A stretch of DNA of 64,000 nucleotides, taken from the NCBI GenBank assembly GCA_951406725.2, contig OX597825.1, positions 86,304,001-86,368,000 on the forward strand. The letters run 5' to 3'. A program made the position numbers and the translations under genes. Below are positions 51,560-64,000 of the stretch, in pieces (positions within the stretch are counted from its first letter, which is position 1; each line of letters begins with the position of its first letter). Under the pieces are notes generated by a model. It had not been told where the DNA came from. It searched no databases and saw nothing but the letters and a program-made list of their open reading frames with translations. This DNA comes from Octopus vulgaris. Its lineage: Eukaryota.

Positions 51560-54549
51560 GTTTGTTTGAAATCGTGGCTTTAACTGTTGATATGGTCAAA
51601 ATATTTCTGGAGTTGATATTTACCTTATTTATTTTGGTGCATTTAATTTTGCAAGTTCAGACCCTGTTTGTTGTTATACGGAAATAACATTCTTCTCAGA
51701 TCTTGGGGTTTTGATAACATAAATACCAGTAATATATGACAAGAATCGCTTAACTTCCAGAGGGCCCCTGAAAAAATAAAGAGCTATGGACTCTGTCCCT
51801 TCTCTCCTTTTTCATTTCAATAATTTTAATGAAACAGAAATCGGTTGTAGCTTTCCGTTAACGTTTTTGGTGATATTAAAACAAAACAAAAAAACTAGAG
51901 TGGTGATTTCATGTGTGTCAGTTAATCCCCTAAAACTCTGAAGCCCTGTTCCCCCTCCAAGAATCAATAATGGTTTGTTGTTGTTATTCTTTGCTGTGTG
52001 TCCTCTTGGCCAGGCAGGGCTGCAACACCACCACCACCACCACCACCGAACCTATAATTTCAGTAGCGACTGTAGTAGTTACTCCTTCGCATTTAGTCGG
52101 TCCGGCTCGTTTAACTGGCATCACTTCAACTCGCAGAAAACTGGACTCGCTTTTAGAAAATACCAAATAATCTGTGGAAAGACCGGAATATCCATCTTAC
52201 TACCAGTTCACCGTCAATTCGAAACCAAAGACAACGCTACAACATATTTTTTCCTCGTATCATCATTTCCATTTTCAAAACAAACCATGCAACAAGAAGC
52301 CGTCTGATGTGGGTATCGATTCCTCTCGTTTCTCTCATATTTTTCCTTTCTAATTTTTGTTTTTTCCTTTTCGCGATTATTGTTGATGTGCTATAACCTT
52401 GACTACATAAACAAAAACACAATTCTTTGATATATTCTTGTATTTCCATGAAGATCCGTAGGGAGATTAATGAGGAATGTATGCGAAGGGATTCTTGTTA
52501 TTTATCATTATTTTTAAGGTTCTGTTTGGCATAACTATCAGCTCTTATATTATTCTGCCTGACATTCCTTTCCTCTGTTGCCACCAAATTATCGATCTTC
52601 CAGTCATGGAGAAACTGAAAGCATTCCCCCACTTGTTTCACAATTTCTTTGACAGGAACCTTCCCCACCTTTTTCTCTTATTATCCTCGCCAACAAATAT
52701 TTCCATTTCCAACATATGCCTATATTTAATCTTTCACAAGAAGATATTTACTTTGCTCAGTTTTCTTTAATTATAAAACAGATTTATTTAAACCTTAATT
52801 TTCCTCAACAGATTTCACTGTATTTATTATTATTATTATTTTCCATACAGATATACTTTTCCATATTTCATTTCAAAGCACAAGGCCTTTCTTTCGGGAA
52901 ATTCTTGCTGTATAAACAAAACATCATGAAAATCTTTATAGATCCTATCTACATTTTAAATTCAATTTCGAAATCATATCTGAATTGAAGTACATGTTCT
53001 CTCTCTCCTCTTTTATTCCTGGTTCTGTTGCGTTGTTAGGAGTAGAAATGGCGTTAGAATTTTACAGTAGCTGAACTCTTTAAAGAGATATCTTGTAATA
53101 AAGATAAGGGCTGTAGTTTATATTCCTGGCCAGCAGTTTTACTTCCACAAAAGAATATTTGTGAAAGTTTTCTTCTGCTTAAAATACGTTTGACATTTAC
53201 GTGGCCACAGTTCAAGCTTTGAACCATGTTATTGGAATGTGAAGGGGACAGGAGGGTGTTCATCAGCCAACTACCTTAGCTACCCACTACTATAGTAAAC
53301 ATGGTGATGTTGTGGTGTTCATTAATGCCACCTTTATGCATGATTCATGATTTCCACACCGCACATTCTTCTTTTCTATTCTTCCCAAAGCGCGCGCGCG
53401 CCTATGTATGCACACACACACACACACACACACATGTATGTATATGTTGTGTATAATATTTGTGTATGTGTGTGTATATGTGTACGTATGTGTGTATGTG
53501 TATATGCGTGTACGTGTGTATGTATGTGTATATATGTGCGTGTATGTGTATATATGTGCGTGTATGTGTATATGTGTGCGTGTATGTGTATATGTGTGCG
53601 TGTGTGTGTATATATATATGTGCATGTGTGTGTGCATATATGTGTGTGTAAGCTTGTGTGTACATCTATGTATGCGTGTGTGTGTGCATGTATGTATGTA
53701 TAAACACAGATATATGCATGTATTGTAGATTGTGAATTAGCAGAATTGTTAGAGCATTAGATGAAATCTCTTGCAGGAATTTTTTTGGCTTTTTGCATTC
53801 TGAGTTCAGATCCATGTAGGATTATGAGGTCTCTTTAGTTGTGTCTCACTAAGCTCTATTCACCTTCCCTAGTGTTAGTTCCACAAGAAAAAGCACCCAA
53901 TACACTCTGTAAAGTGGTTGGCATTAGAAATGGCATCCGGAAAGTGGCACATATGAACACTTAATGTTTAGAAGCTCTATTTTCCAGTGGGAGGCAACTT
54001 TGCATTATGACAATCCTCCTAACCCATGCCAGTATGGAAAATAGGTGTAAAAATGATGATGATATATATATATAATATATGAGCATTGGGCCTCATGGAG
54101 GCAAAATGGCTGAGTTCCTTTTGAGTGTTGGGCCTTATGGAGGCAAAGTAGCTGAGTTTCTTTCAAGGGTTGGGCCTCATGGAGGCAATGACCAAGGCCT
54201 TTTGGTATCATGTCGTGCTTGAGAAGAAAACCCACCAAGCTGAGCAAAATCACAGTCATGGCAGATACTGGTGTCACGCAAATTGGTACCTGTGCCAGTG
54301 GCATGTAAACGTACCCGGTGTCATGCAAATGGCACCCATTCTGGTGGCATGTAAAAGCACCCATTGCACTCTCAGAGTGGTTGGTGTTAGGAAGGGCATC
54401 CAGCTATAGAAAACCATGTCAAATCAGACTGGAGTCCAGTGCACCCTTCTGGCATGCCAGCCCTGTCAAACTGTCCAACCCATACCAGCATGGACAATGG
54501 ACGTTGAATGATGATGATCATCATCAAAGAACTTTTACCTCTGTTGGCA

Positions 54550-54960
54550 ACCAAATGTCTCTCTCTCTCTCTTTCCGAATGAAAGGAAGATTGTATGATG
54601 CATGTATATGAACAGCGATGCTATGTAGTAGTGAGATGTGGGTCCTAAATGCAGAAGACCTGCGAAGGTGAAAGGGGAATGAAGCCAGTATGCTCTACTG
54701 GATGTTCGGTGTCAGTGTAGAATGTTTGTGTATTGAGGTGCACAAGAGCAGACAGTGCTGGTTTGGTCATGTGATGCATATGAATGTAGACAGTTGCTTA
54801 CAAAATTGCCAATTACTTAAAGTGGATGGAAGTCCTGCAAGAGGGAGAGCCAGGAAGACATGGGGTGAAGTATATTGAAGGCTGATCTCAAAAGAGATGA
54901 GTCTTACAAAAGAGACGAGAAAGGACTGAGATATCTGCTGCCTTTCTGTACTCAAGAAGA
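54550..54960 (+). mobile_element. RTE LINE C-terminal fragment
   Basis: Translation KGRLYDAC...SEMW...CWFGHVMHM...GRARKTW. Confidence 0.75.
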
Positions 54961-55626
54961 TCCCCCTACCACAGCAGAATTGATACTGGTGCAGGGGCCA
55001 CACAAGAAGCACTGGTGCAGGGGCTATGTTAAAAGCACCCATGCTGGTGCCACATAAAAAATACCCTTTTATACTCTGTGGAGTGGTTGGCATTAGGCTG
55101 AGTGTCCAGCCATAAAAAACCATGCCAGAACAGACAATGGAGTTTGGTGCAGGCCCCCCCCCCAGCCTTACCAGCTCCAGTCAGACCATCCAAACCATGC
55201 CAGGATGGAAAATGGACGTTAAATGATGATGAATGATGATATATAAAATCAACATCACCAGTACCAACCTGCAGCAGAACCTTCCAAGCACACATCAGAC
55301 TGATGGGCCATAGCTGGACACACTGTGACCTGTCTTCTCCCATGTGATGTCCTTGGTCATCCTCAACAACAACGGATGAACTAATATATATTCCCTGTGG
55401 GCAGACCCCCCTCTCTTTCACTCCATCTTATAACTCTCTCCCACCTTCCTTTCCTTTCTGGTCCTATGGAGGTAGCCAGGTTTCTCCTCAGTAGTAAGAG
55501 GGCTACCTCTGTCTCTCTATCATACTCTAATCTCTTGGTTCCACTCCCTCCCTCAGCTGAGAAGCCCTTGTCTTGTGAACTCATGGATGCTGGTGCTGCA
55601 TAAAAAAAGCACCCAGTACACTCTGT

Positions 55627-55933
55627 TGTTGCTTGTTCCTTCTCGAGCCATGCCTGGCTCATAAGGGCCGGTTTCCCGGTTTCTTGGCGTATAGGTTCCC
55701 CTCCTGGACGGGACGCTGGTCCATTGCAGGTGAGCTGCAAGATGCAGGAGGAAAGATTGAGAGAAAGTTGTGGCGAAAGAGTCAGCAGAAGTTTTGCCAT
55801 TACCTTCTGCTGGAGCTGCGTGGATCTTAGGTGTTTCACTCATAAACACACAAATCGTCTGGTCTGAGATTCGAACCCGCAATCCCTCGACTACGAGTCC
55901 GCTGCTCTAACCACTAGGTCATGTGCCTCCACG
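55627..55933 (-). mobile_element. tRNA-derived SINE family D with an 11-bp target-site duplication, nested in an RTE tail
   Basis: Head GTGGAGGCACATGACCTAGTGGTTAGAGC...GGTTCGAATC. The TSD GTACACTCTGT is at 55616-55626 and 55934-55944. Confidence 0.88.
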
Positions 55934-58605
55934 GTACACTCTGTAAAGTGGTTGGTGTTAGGAAGGGTATCAAGCCATAGAAAAAACTGACAATTGGAGC
56001 CTAGTGCAACTCTCAGGCTTGCCAACTCCTATCAAACTGTCTAACCCTTGCCAGCATGGAGAACAAACATTAAATGATGATATATAATGTATATATATAT
56101 GTGTGTGTGTGTGTGTGTATATATATTTCAGTACACACACACATGTATATACATACACCATACCTGTACACATACATATGCATATAAGAAATCGGCTGTG
56201 TGGTCGAGTAGTTTACTTTCCAACCATATGGTTTGGGGTTGAGTTTCAATGTGTAATACTTTGGACAAGTAACTGCTACTATAGCCCCAGGCCAACCAAA
56301 CCCTTGTGAGTGGATTTGGTAGATGGAAACTGAAAGGAACCCTTTCTGCATTTCTTTGTGTGTGTTCCCGTCTCCTTGTCTTTACATCATGTGTTAGTTG
56401 CAGATGAGCATCACTATTACACAGGTGGCATCATAAGTTTTTCAATTTTGCATGAAAATATGTCTGGTCATGGGGAAATATTACCTGGCTTGGAAAGAGG
56501 TGAGGGTTGGTGACAGGAAGGGCAGCCAGCTGTAGAAAATCTGCCTCAATGAATTCCATTTGTCCTATACAAGCATGCAGAAGTGGGTATTAAAACTACA
56601 AAAAAATTCGAGCGAGGTCGTTGCCAGTAACGCCTGACTGGCTCCTGTGCCAGTGGTATGTAAAAGCACCCACTACACTCTCGGAGTGGTTGGCGTTAGG
56701 AAGGGCATCCAGCTGTAGAACCTCTGCCAGATCAAGACTGGAGCCTGGTGCAGCCATCTGGTTCACCAGCCCACAGTCACACCGTCCAACCCATGCTAGC
56801 ATGGAAAGCGGACGTTAAACGATGATATATTTATTTTTATCCATAGTTAAATAGTTCTGTACATTCCAGCATATGTGGCAAGTGTGAATGTTATTTTTAT
56901 TTTTGTTGTATATGATGCAATTTGCAGATTCACAGATTTTCTCAGATTTCATCTGTCTCATAAAGTACTGGAATGTCACGTGCGTGTGTGCATGTATGTG
57001 TGACCGTATGATATAGTTATGTATATAAATATATTTAGAAAAATTGAGAGCTTGCCCAAAGAGGCTTTTGATAAGTCACATGATACAGTTCTTGTGTTCC
57101 CTTCTACTCTGTGTTCCCTTCTGTTTGTAGATGCAGATTTTTATCTGAAATTTTGTTTTGCATGCAGAATGCTAAATATTAAAAATCAGCCATGAATTAA
57201 TTATTGATTATGTATTTCCTATACCCAATAGCTCGTAGACTCTCTCTTTGATTTATTTATCACCAGTCTGTGGAAACAGTGTCATGTTAGCTCTCATCTC
57301 TGTTACTATTCCCTTCCATTGTCAGTCTCTGCTATTTTCATGCACTCAGATTGGTGGAGTAACGGCAGTAGTAACAGGGTTTGAAGGAAAATACCCGCTG
57401 GCAAATATTACTGCACTTTATCATTAAGGTATTGTGTGTGTGTGTGTATTTCTATGTATGTATGTATATTTACATGTGTGTACAACTGTTTTTCCTTTTT
57501 TTTTTTTCAAATTGCATATTGTATATACATAGAATCACAAATGTCATTGTAAGTATTTGTTGCTATCACATACACACACCTGTGCATGTGCATGCACGTG
57601 CACACACACACACCTGTGCATGTGCATGCACGTGCGCACACACACACACCTGTGCATGTGCATGCACGTGCGCACACACACACACACACACTCATTGAAT
57701 TAAATTTATACTGCGTTTTGCATTTTCCACCTCAGATACCATCTTTTCCAAATCGGGAAGCTTCTACACAATCACTCAGCCTGCTAGAGACAACAGTCAA
57801 AGCTCCCTCAAATCACACAGCTGTCTCATAAAAGAAAACACATTGAATAATGTAATCCTTTATTGTTCCTTGGCTGGTCATGGTTGGAACACCTTTGATC
57901 ATAGGTTTACTTATTCAGAACCAACCTGGGGTTAAACAACAACTTGTGTAAATGTTAGAGAATGGTAGTTTAATAGTTATCGACTTAAATGTTTAACTTG
58001 CTTGCTGGCTTCTGCTGGATTATCTTAATCTATAAATTGTGGGACCCCCATCTTTGTCATTATTCCAGTAAATTCAATTAGCAATTCACTGACAAAAATC
58101 AGATAGATTCTTGGAATTCTTTCTAAAGCTGTGTCTTTTCATACATTTTATTTCATAGCTATGAATTACCATAATAGAATATTGTAATGTTTTTAGCAGT
58201 CAGTGCATTGTAGTCTCGGTTCCAACTGAGAACCACATGTTGTCCCCTCCAATTAAGTGAATTTTAAATTGAGGTAACCAAAAAGGTAAAAATAGATTTC
58301 ATTGTTCTAGAAAGAACTTTTTTTTTTTGTTTATTGGGGAAGAAAAGTTGAAAGTTTCGTATCAATTTTTACTTTCTGGGCAGTGTTTGGTGGTGGCTTG
58401 ACATAATCTTTCTAGCATTGGGAACAGTGCCATGGGTTATTTCTTTCAGCCTCTTACGTTTTGAGTTCAAATGTCACCAAGGTCAACTTCAATCCTTCTG
58501 GGCCCATCAGAATAAAGTATTAGTTTTGTACTGGGATCAATGTAGTTGACTTACCCGTCTTCTCAAAATTGTTGGCCTTGTGCCAAAATTACAATTATTA
58601 TTATT

Positions 58606-58872
58606 TTCATTAGCATCTTCTTTCAATTCTGTTTCCATTTCTTGCCAAGTGTCTTCCTGACACCTAGGGCAAAGATACACACTGCATACATTGGTAGGCA
58701 ATTAAAATAAACAAACCGAGAAAAAGGGGAAGATAGAGAGAAAAAATAAAAAAGTAAACAAAGGGGAAAAGGTCAACAAAATTCACATTGACAATGCTCT
58801 TCTCAATACGTGTGACCAGTTGCCAGTTAAGACAATCTTTTGCACTTTCTGTATGCATGATAAGTCAGGGAT
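58606..58872 (-). mobile_element. R4/Dong-clade 3' fragment embedded in (ATT)n
   Basis: The minus strand translates to IPDLSCIQKVQKIVLTGNWSHVLRRALSM*, with ATT repeats on both sides. Confidence 0.72.
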
Positions 58873-59801
58873 TTATTATCATTATTATTATTATTATTGT
58901 TAAGGTGGTGAGCTGGCAGAATCGTCAGCACACTGGATGAAATTTTTTTTTTTTAAAGTTTCAGCTCAGAGCTGCGGCCATGCTGGTGCACCACCGTTAA
59001 GCAGTCTTTCAGCCATTGCTATGTTCTGAGTTGAAATTCCACTGAGGTCGACTTTGCATGTGTGTGTGTGTATGTGAGAGCGTGTATGTGCATTTGGATA
59101 GGGGTTGGTGACCTTGACGTGTGCATGTGTAGGTATGTGGCTGATGGTGTGGGTGCTGGGAAGTGGTCAGTGCTAGTGTGTGCGGGGTGGTGTGATGTGG
59201 TTGTGGTATTGGGGTTTGGGGGAAGCAAGGGTGGGGTGTGGGTTGGAGTGGGGCGTAAGGGATAGAGTGAGGGTGGGGTTGGAATGTGTAGGGTGGGGTA
59301 ACGAGGGAGGCGGTGACAAAGAAGGGACAGGGTGGAAGGGAGGAGGGTAGGAGTAAAGAGAAGTAGGTGTCAGGGCAAGAGAGGAAAGGTGGGTGGGAGG
59401 AAATAGGTTTGTGAGGAAGAGAGCCCATGTATATATATGTGTATGTATGTATATATATATATATATATATATCATCATCATCATTTAACGTCTGCTTTCC
59501 ATGCTAGCATGGGTTGGATGATTTGACTGAGGTCTGGCAAACCAGATGGCTGCACCAGGCTCCAATCTTGATCTAGCAGAGTTTCTACAGCTGGATGCCC
59601 TTCCTAACGCCAACCACTCCCAGAGTGTAGTGGGTGCTTTTACGTGCCACCAGCATAAGGGCCAGTCTAGTGGCACTGGCAATGACCTCACACACACACA
59701 TACATATATAATATATATGTGTATGTATGTATGTATATATATATATGTGTATATATCATCATCATTGTTTAACATCTGCTTTCCATGCTAGCATGGGTTG
59801 G

Positions 59802-59858
<57 letters not shown>

Positions 59859-60602
59859 AATATATATACGATGGGCTTCTTTCAGTTTTTGTCTGCTAAA
59901 TCCACTCACAAGTCTTCGGTTAGCTCTAGGCTATAGAAGACACTTGCCCAAGGTATCATGTAGTGGGACTGAACCCAGTACCATGTGGTAAGGAAGCAAG
60001 CTTCTTACCACATGTCTACACTTGTTGTGCCTATATGTTTTGCTTTTGTAAGTAAAATGTTTGACTTTAACAGTTTTTTTGTGGTGGATGGGGTGGGAGG
60101 AGAGCAATTGTCTTACATAAAAAACAAAACAGACTGTTGGTTTCTGCACCCATCCAAGTCAATAACCTTTTACTGAGAAGGACATCTATTTACTGACTCC
60201 TTGTAAAATCCTTGTATCACAACTGTTTATAAATGTATTAATTATACAAGCAACTTCTTATCATTTAATTCCATCAGAAATAGAGAATCACTGTTAATTG
60301 ATTGGATCAAGTAAGATGAAAGTTTTATATATATACTTTATTTGTCTTCGTTATGCTATGTTTAGAAACAGAGGCCATACTGATAATTGATTGTATATAT
60401 TAGACCATTCTGATAACTGTTTGGGTACCAGAAATGTAAATAATAAGGGTTCTTATACATTGTGTGTGTATGTGTGTGTGTACATATGTATCTACGTACA
60501 TATATACATAGCTGCTTGGAGTGGGGAAGATGTAAAGCAATGGTTACTGCTAGATATAAACAACGCATAGTCGTTTTTTGAGGCAATATTCTATATTCTT
60601 AG

Positions 60603-60840
60603 GGTGGCGAGCTGGCAGAATCGTTAGCATGCTGGGCAAAATGCTTAGCAGCATTTTGTCTGCCATTACGTTCAGAGTTCAAATTCCGCCAAGGTTGACT
60701 TTGCTTTCCATCCTTTTGAGGTCGATTAAATAAGTACCAGTTATGCACTGGGGTCAATGTAATCGACTTAATCCCTTTGTGTGTCCTTGTTTGTCCCCTG
60801 TATGTTTAGCCCCCTGTGTGCAATATAGAAGTATGTATTC
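60603..60840 (+). mobile_element. tRNA-derived SINE family C
   Basis: GGTGGCGAGCTGGCAGAATCGTTAGC head, GAGTTCAAATTCC B box and TTCCATCC...GGTCGATTAAATAAGTACCAG core. More than 10 degenerate copies occur (e.g. 28837-29040, 33200-33360, 51280-51423, 58455-58595, 58903-59056). Confidence 0.85.
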
Positions 60841-61538
60841 TTTACAAACATTTGAGTTCTCTCCATGGAATGTGGAAATACTGCCTTTGCTAAAAACATT
60901 TAAATGGAATAACATCAGTCCTTCTGTGTTTGGTTTGCCCAATAACTAACACTTCTATTTAATCAAAACCTATGGGAAAATCTTCTTATTTAATTTAATC
61001 TATTAGTGGGTTAATGATTGAAGAGTTTTCTTTGTTCTTTAAGTTTGTTTAAATCATTTTCAATTTGTTTATAGAAGTACATGGGATAATGTACTTGAAT
61101 TATTTCAATAGTTTTAAACACCCGGTCTTTTAATTGAATTTAAAATTACATGAAAATTTATATTCAAGGTCTGTTCTGTTCTGTTGTGTTTACTTTTGGA
61201 GACTTAGATATATTTTTGTTTTTTTAGTTTATGGAACTAAAATGTCATACAAAAAGTGTTATAAAAAAAATCAGTGACTCAATGTTTATATAAGAATAAT
61301 AATATGGTAACTGTGAAGTTGTAAAATGAGGAAATGTCAGACCTGACTGATCATGTCTGATGTGATTTAGGCTCAATGACAAAAGTTGTCAAAGTGGAAA
61401 TTTTGACACAAGGCCAGCAATTTTGGGAGAGGGGTAAGTAGATTACATCGATTCCAGTGCTCAATTGGTACTTATCTTATCAACCTTGAAAGTATGAAAG
61501 GCAAATGCAATCTCGACTAATCTATCATTTAAATGATA

Positions 61539-61793
61539 CATTGTGCCTGATATATTTTACTTAATTCTTTTTAATGCATTCCTCTATGAGGAGCACAAAC
61601 GTTATTTTAGTTCTTCTTAACCTCTTTACAATTAGCTGTGGTAATGATCTTGATAAGGTTTACTTGATTAGGGCCAGCCTAGCTCTAATCAGAATTGCTT
61701 TAATTTTTTTGGTAAATCTCAAGAATTTTAGATTTTTGTAGGTTGAAGCATTGAATTAAGTAAAATATATCAACTCCTTTGTCAGGCACAATG
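61539..61793. mobile_element. Tc1/mariner-type MITE
   Basis: Ends are TA-CATTGTGCCTGA and TCAGGCACAATG-TA, with a further inverted block TATATTTTACTTAATTC / GAATTAAGTAAAATATA. Confidence 0.75.
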
Positions 61794-64000
61794 TATCTAG
61801 GACTACCTTATTCATTACGTCTTTTTTCTGAAACAGGATGTAATTTGGAGCGAGGTGTTGCTGGTGAAGAAAGCCCACAGAGGTATGGAGAGTGGATGGT
61901 TAGTTTGTTTCAGAGATAGAAACATGTTGTATGCTCAACACATGAGGAATTGATGAGTAACTGCGGAGGAGAGATTAGCTCTAAATGGAGAGAGAAAGTG
62001 GGGGTGGGTGGATAAAGGGAGAGAGAGGTTGTGTTAATACTGTTAAAGTATTTTAGTCTGAATTAGGTGCATGTGTACCAGAGTACATTATCCTCCCATG
62101 GAGTTTGTTTTGTGTTAAAGGATTGATTAATCAAAATATATGACTAAGGACTTAACTGTTGAAATTTCAAGTTTCCTGAGATTCTTCTCAAAAGATACAT
62201 CTCACCTGTTCTCTGGATTAGGCTTAGATATTTCATAAATATTGGTACAGTCAAAGAGCGTTGGATAGAATGCCTTTTAGTTGTTTTGACTCTATGCATT
62301 TTGAGTTCAATTTCTGCCAAAATCAACTTCAATTTTTATCCTTTGGGGATAAAAAGGTACCACTTTGATGAAGCGTACCAATCCATGGTTCTGGATGGTA
62401 GAACTGCAACAACATTGATCTGGATGCATTATTTTTCAAAGAAACCTACTTGGGTGTAGAGTTTAATTTGTTGCTTGGTTTAACACCAACATCTGGCACT
62501 TTGAGCGCTTTTAGCAGAGTCCTCTCAGATGCAAGCATTTGGGCTGGGTCTCTGGTTTGAATATACCTTCCTCCCCACCTCCTACAAAACCTCATGGGTA
62601 CCATCTTCACTTTTGCTCAAAAGATAAAAAAAAAAATAAAGATTGTTAGGTACAGAACGCAGTGTTGATTTATTTAGTAAACATCGACTGTTGTTGTGTG
62701 CAGTGGAAATAGTTTCAAAGTAGAACTGTTGTGAAAGGGAGAAAAATAATGTTTTTACTGTAGCATGTTTTAAGATGCTTTGAGGGTTCATGTATTCTGT
62801 GGAGTTGTTTCATTTACATTCACTCTGACAAAAAAAAATCTCTAATTGATAAGACTTTCTTAGACAAGTATGAAATAAAGGGCTTTTCCAAGGCCACTTT
62901 TGTTGTATGTCAAAATGAAATATTTTTGGACTGGATTTGTAGTAACCATCTTGTAGACTGATTCAATTTGTCTGCCCTCTGCTAATCCTTGCTCACTTTA
63001 TCAAGAACTTAACAATAACCTTGGGTCTAGTAGTGCAGCCAGGTTCTAAAGTTAAGAGGAGCAAGCGCATAAAAAGAAAAATGGCACTGTGACACATACC
63101 AAACAATTTTTACCTCACTTTGTTATATTACGTGAAATATTTCATTAGTTCTAATATATGTAATTGTATTTTACATTCATTAATTTCATGTTTCAGTAAC
63201 AATGCCATCGTGTATGAAACTTACAGATACTGATATAGGTGTGATGTGAAAAAGATGAAACTCCATGGAATTGTCCAGTGTCAAGAGGTTTTGATGTCAG
63301 GGTTTGTGTTGGTTCTTCAGATGTCAGCACCACCAATGAATGCATCACAAGAGATTGAGCAGCAGTTCGAAAACATGGGAGGTTGGTCAGATAAAGTAAT
63401 GATGCCAAAAAGTTATTCCAAGGCCATGAGAATTTAAAAAAAATAGAAAAATGAGATTTGACTTTTAATGCACAAGTGAACTAAAGAATTAGAAGGAATT
63501 GTTGAAAAATTTTGAAAAACCTGCTCAATAGTAGTTGCTCCAATATTAGCTATGTTGTTGCTTGAGTCAGATCTGTTTTTGTAGACTGAGAAAGGCATTC
63601 TGGTTGAGACTGTACCATTCTTTATTCTGTCTTTGACCAAGAAACGTGGTTTCTAATACAGTTCCAAAACCTGAAATAGAAAGTCCAGGAAATTGTTTCT
63701 ATGTGGCGTGCAGCTGTTCTTGAGCAAATTTGTAATTAGTTCATAAAATAATTGAACATTTTGTGTGTGTTTACATGATTGTGGTAAGAAGTTTGCTTTG
63801 CAACTACATGGAACCTTGGGCAAGTGTCTTTTACTATAGCCTCAGGCTGACCAAAGCCTTGTGAGTGGATTTGGTAGATAGAAACTGAAAGAAGCCCATC
63901 GAGTGTGTGTGAGTCCCACTACCACTTGACAACTTAGCAGTTTAGCAGGAGAGACTGACAGAATAAGTAACAGGCTTCAAAAAAAAAAAGTACTTGGGTT

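Noticed and set aside
55860-55932. tRNA gene
   Set aside because: A and B boxes are present, but it continues into a SINE body with a TSD and has no proper acceptor stem.
62340-63720. Non-repetitive-looking stretch with an acceptor-like TTTCAG near 63196 and several short ORFs
   Set aside because: All frames close quickly and I recognise no protein motif, so I cannot support a call.

Overview
Eukaryotic, AT-rich, repeat-saturated DNA. The SINE families, microsatellite density and the YxCDICGKxF/TGEKP zinc-finger style suggest a coleoid cephalopod (probably Octopus); this is inference. Bases 1-5100 are a 34-bp satellite with a 100-N gap and a roughly 36-mer higher-order block. The only clearly intact protein-coding gene is a 6-finger C2H2 gene (12513-13172, minus strand) with a likely upstream non-coding exon and promoter near 16.4-17.4 kb. 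A candidate first coding exon of a plus-strand gene lies at 24430, and a possible promoter/first exon lies near 47.4 kb. The rest is decayed mobile DNA: RTE, Tx1 and R4/Dong LINEs, Penelope-like elements, Tc1/mariner, pogo, hAT, MULE and Helitron remnants, and at least three tRNA-derived SINE families. The most notable observations are: (i) a fold-back element carrying two outward-facing minimal type I hammerhead ribozyme motifs (19164-19737); (ii) several retroelements embedded in microsatellites (Tx1 in GATA, a sister Tx1 next to AAT, R4/Dong in TAA), with a SINE that may share the Tx1 3' end; (iii) a microhomology-flanked insertion copied from two nearby templates (25083-25381); and (iv) a PHD-like finger inside the RTE ORF. 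Family assignments come from motif recognition by eye, and the boundaries of decayed elements are approximate.
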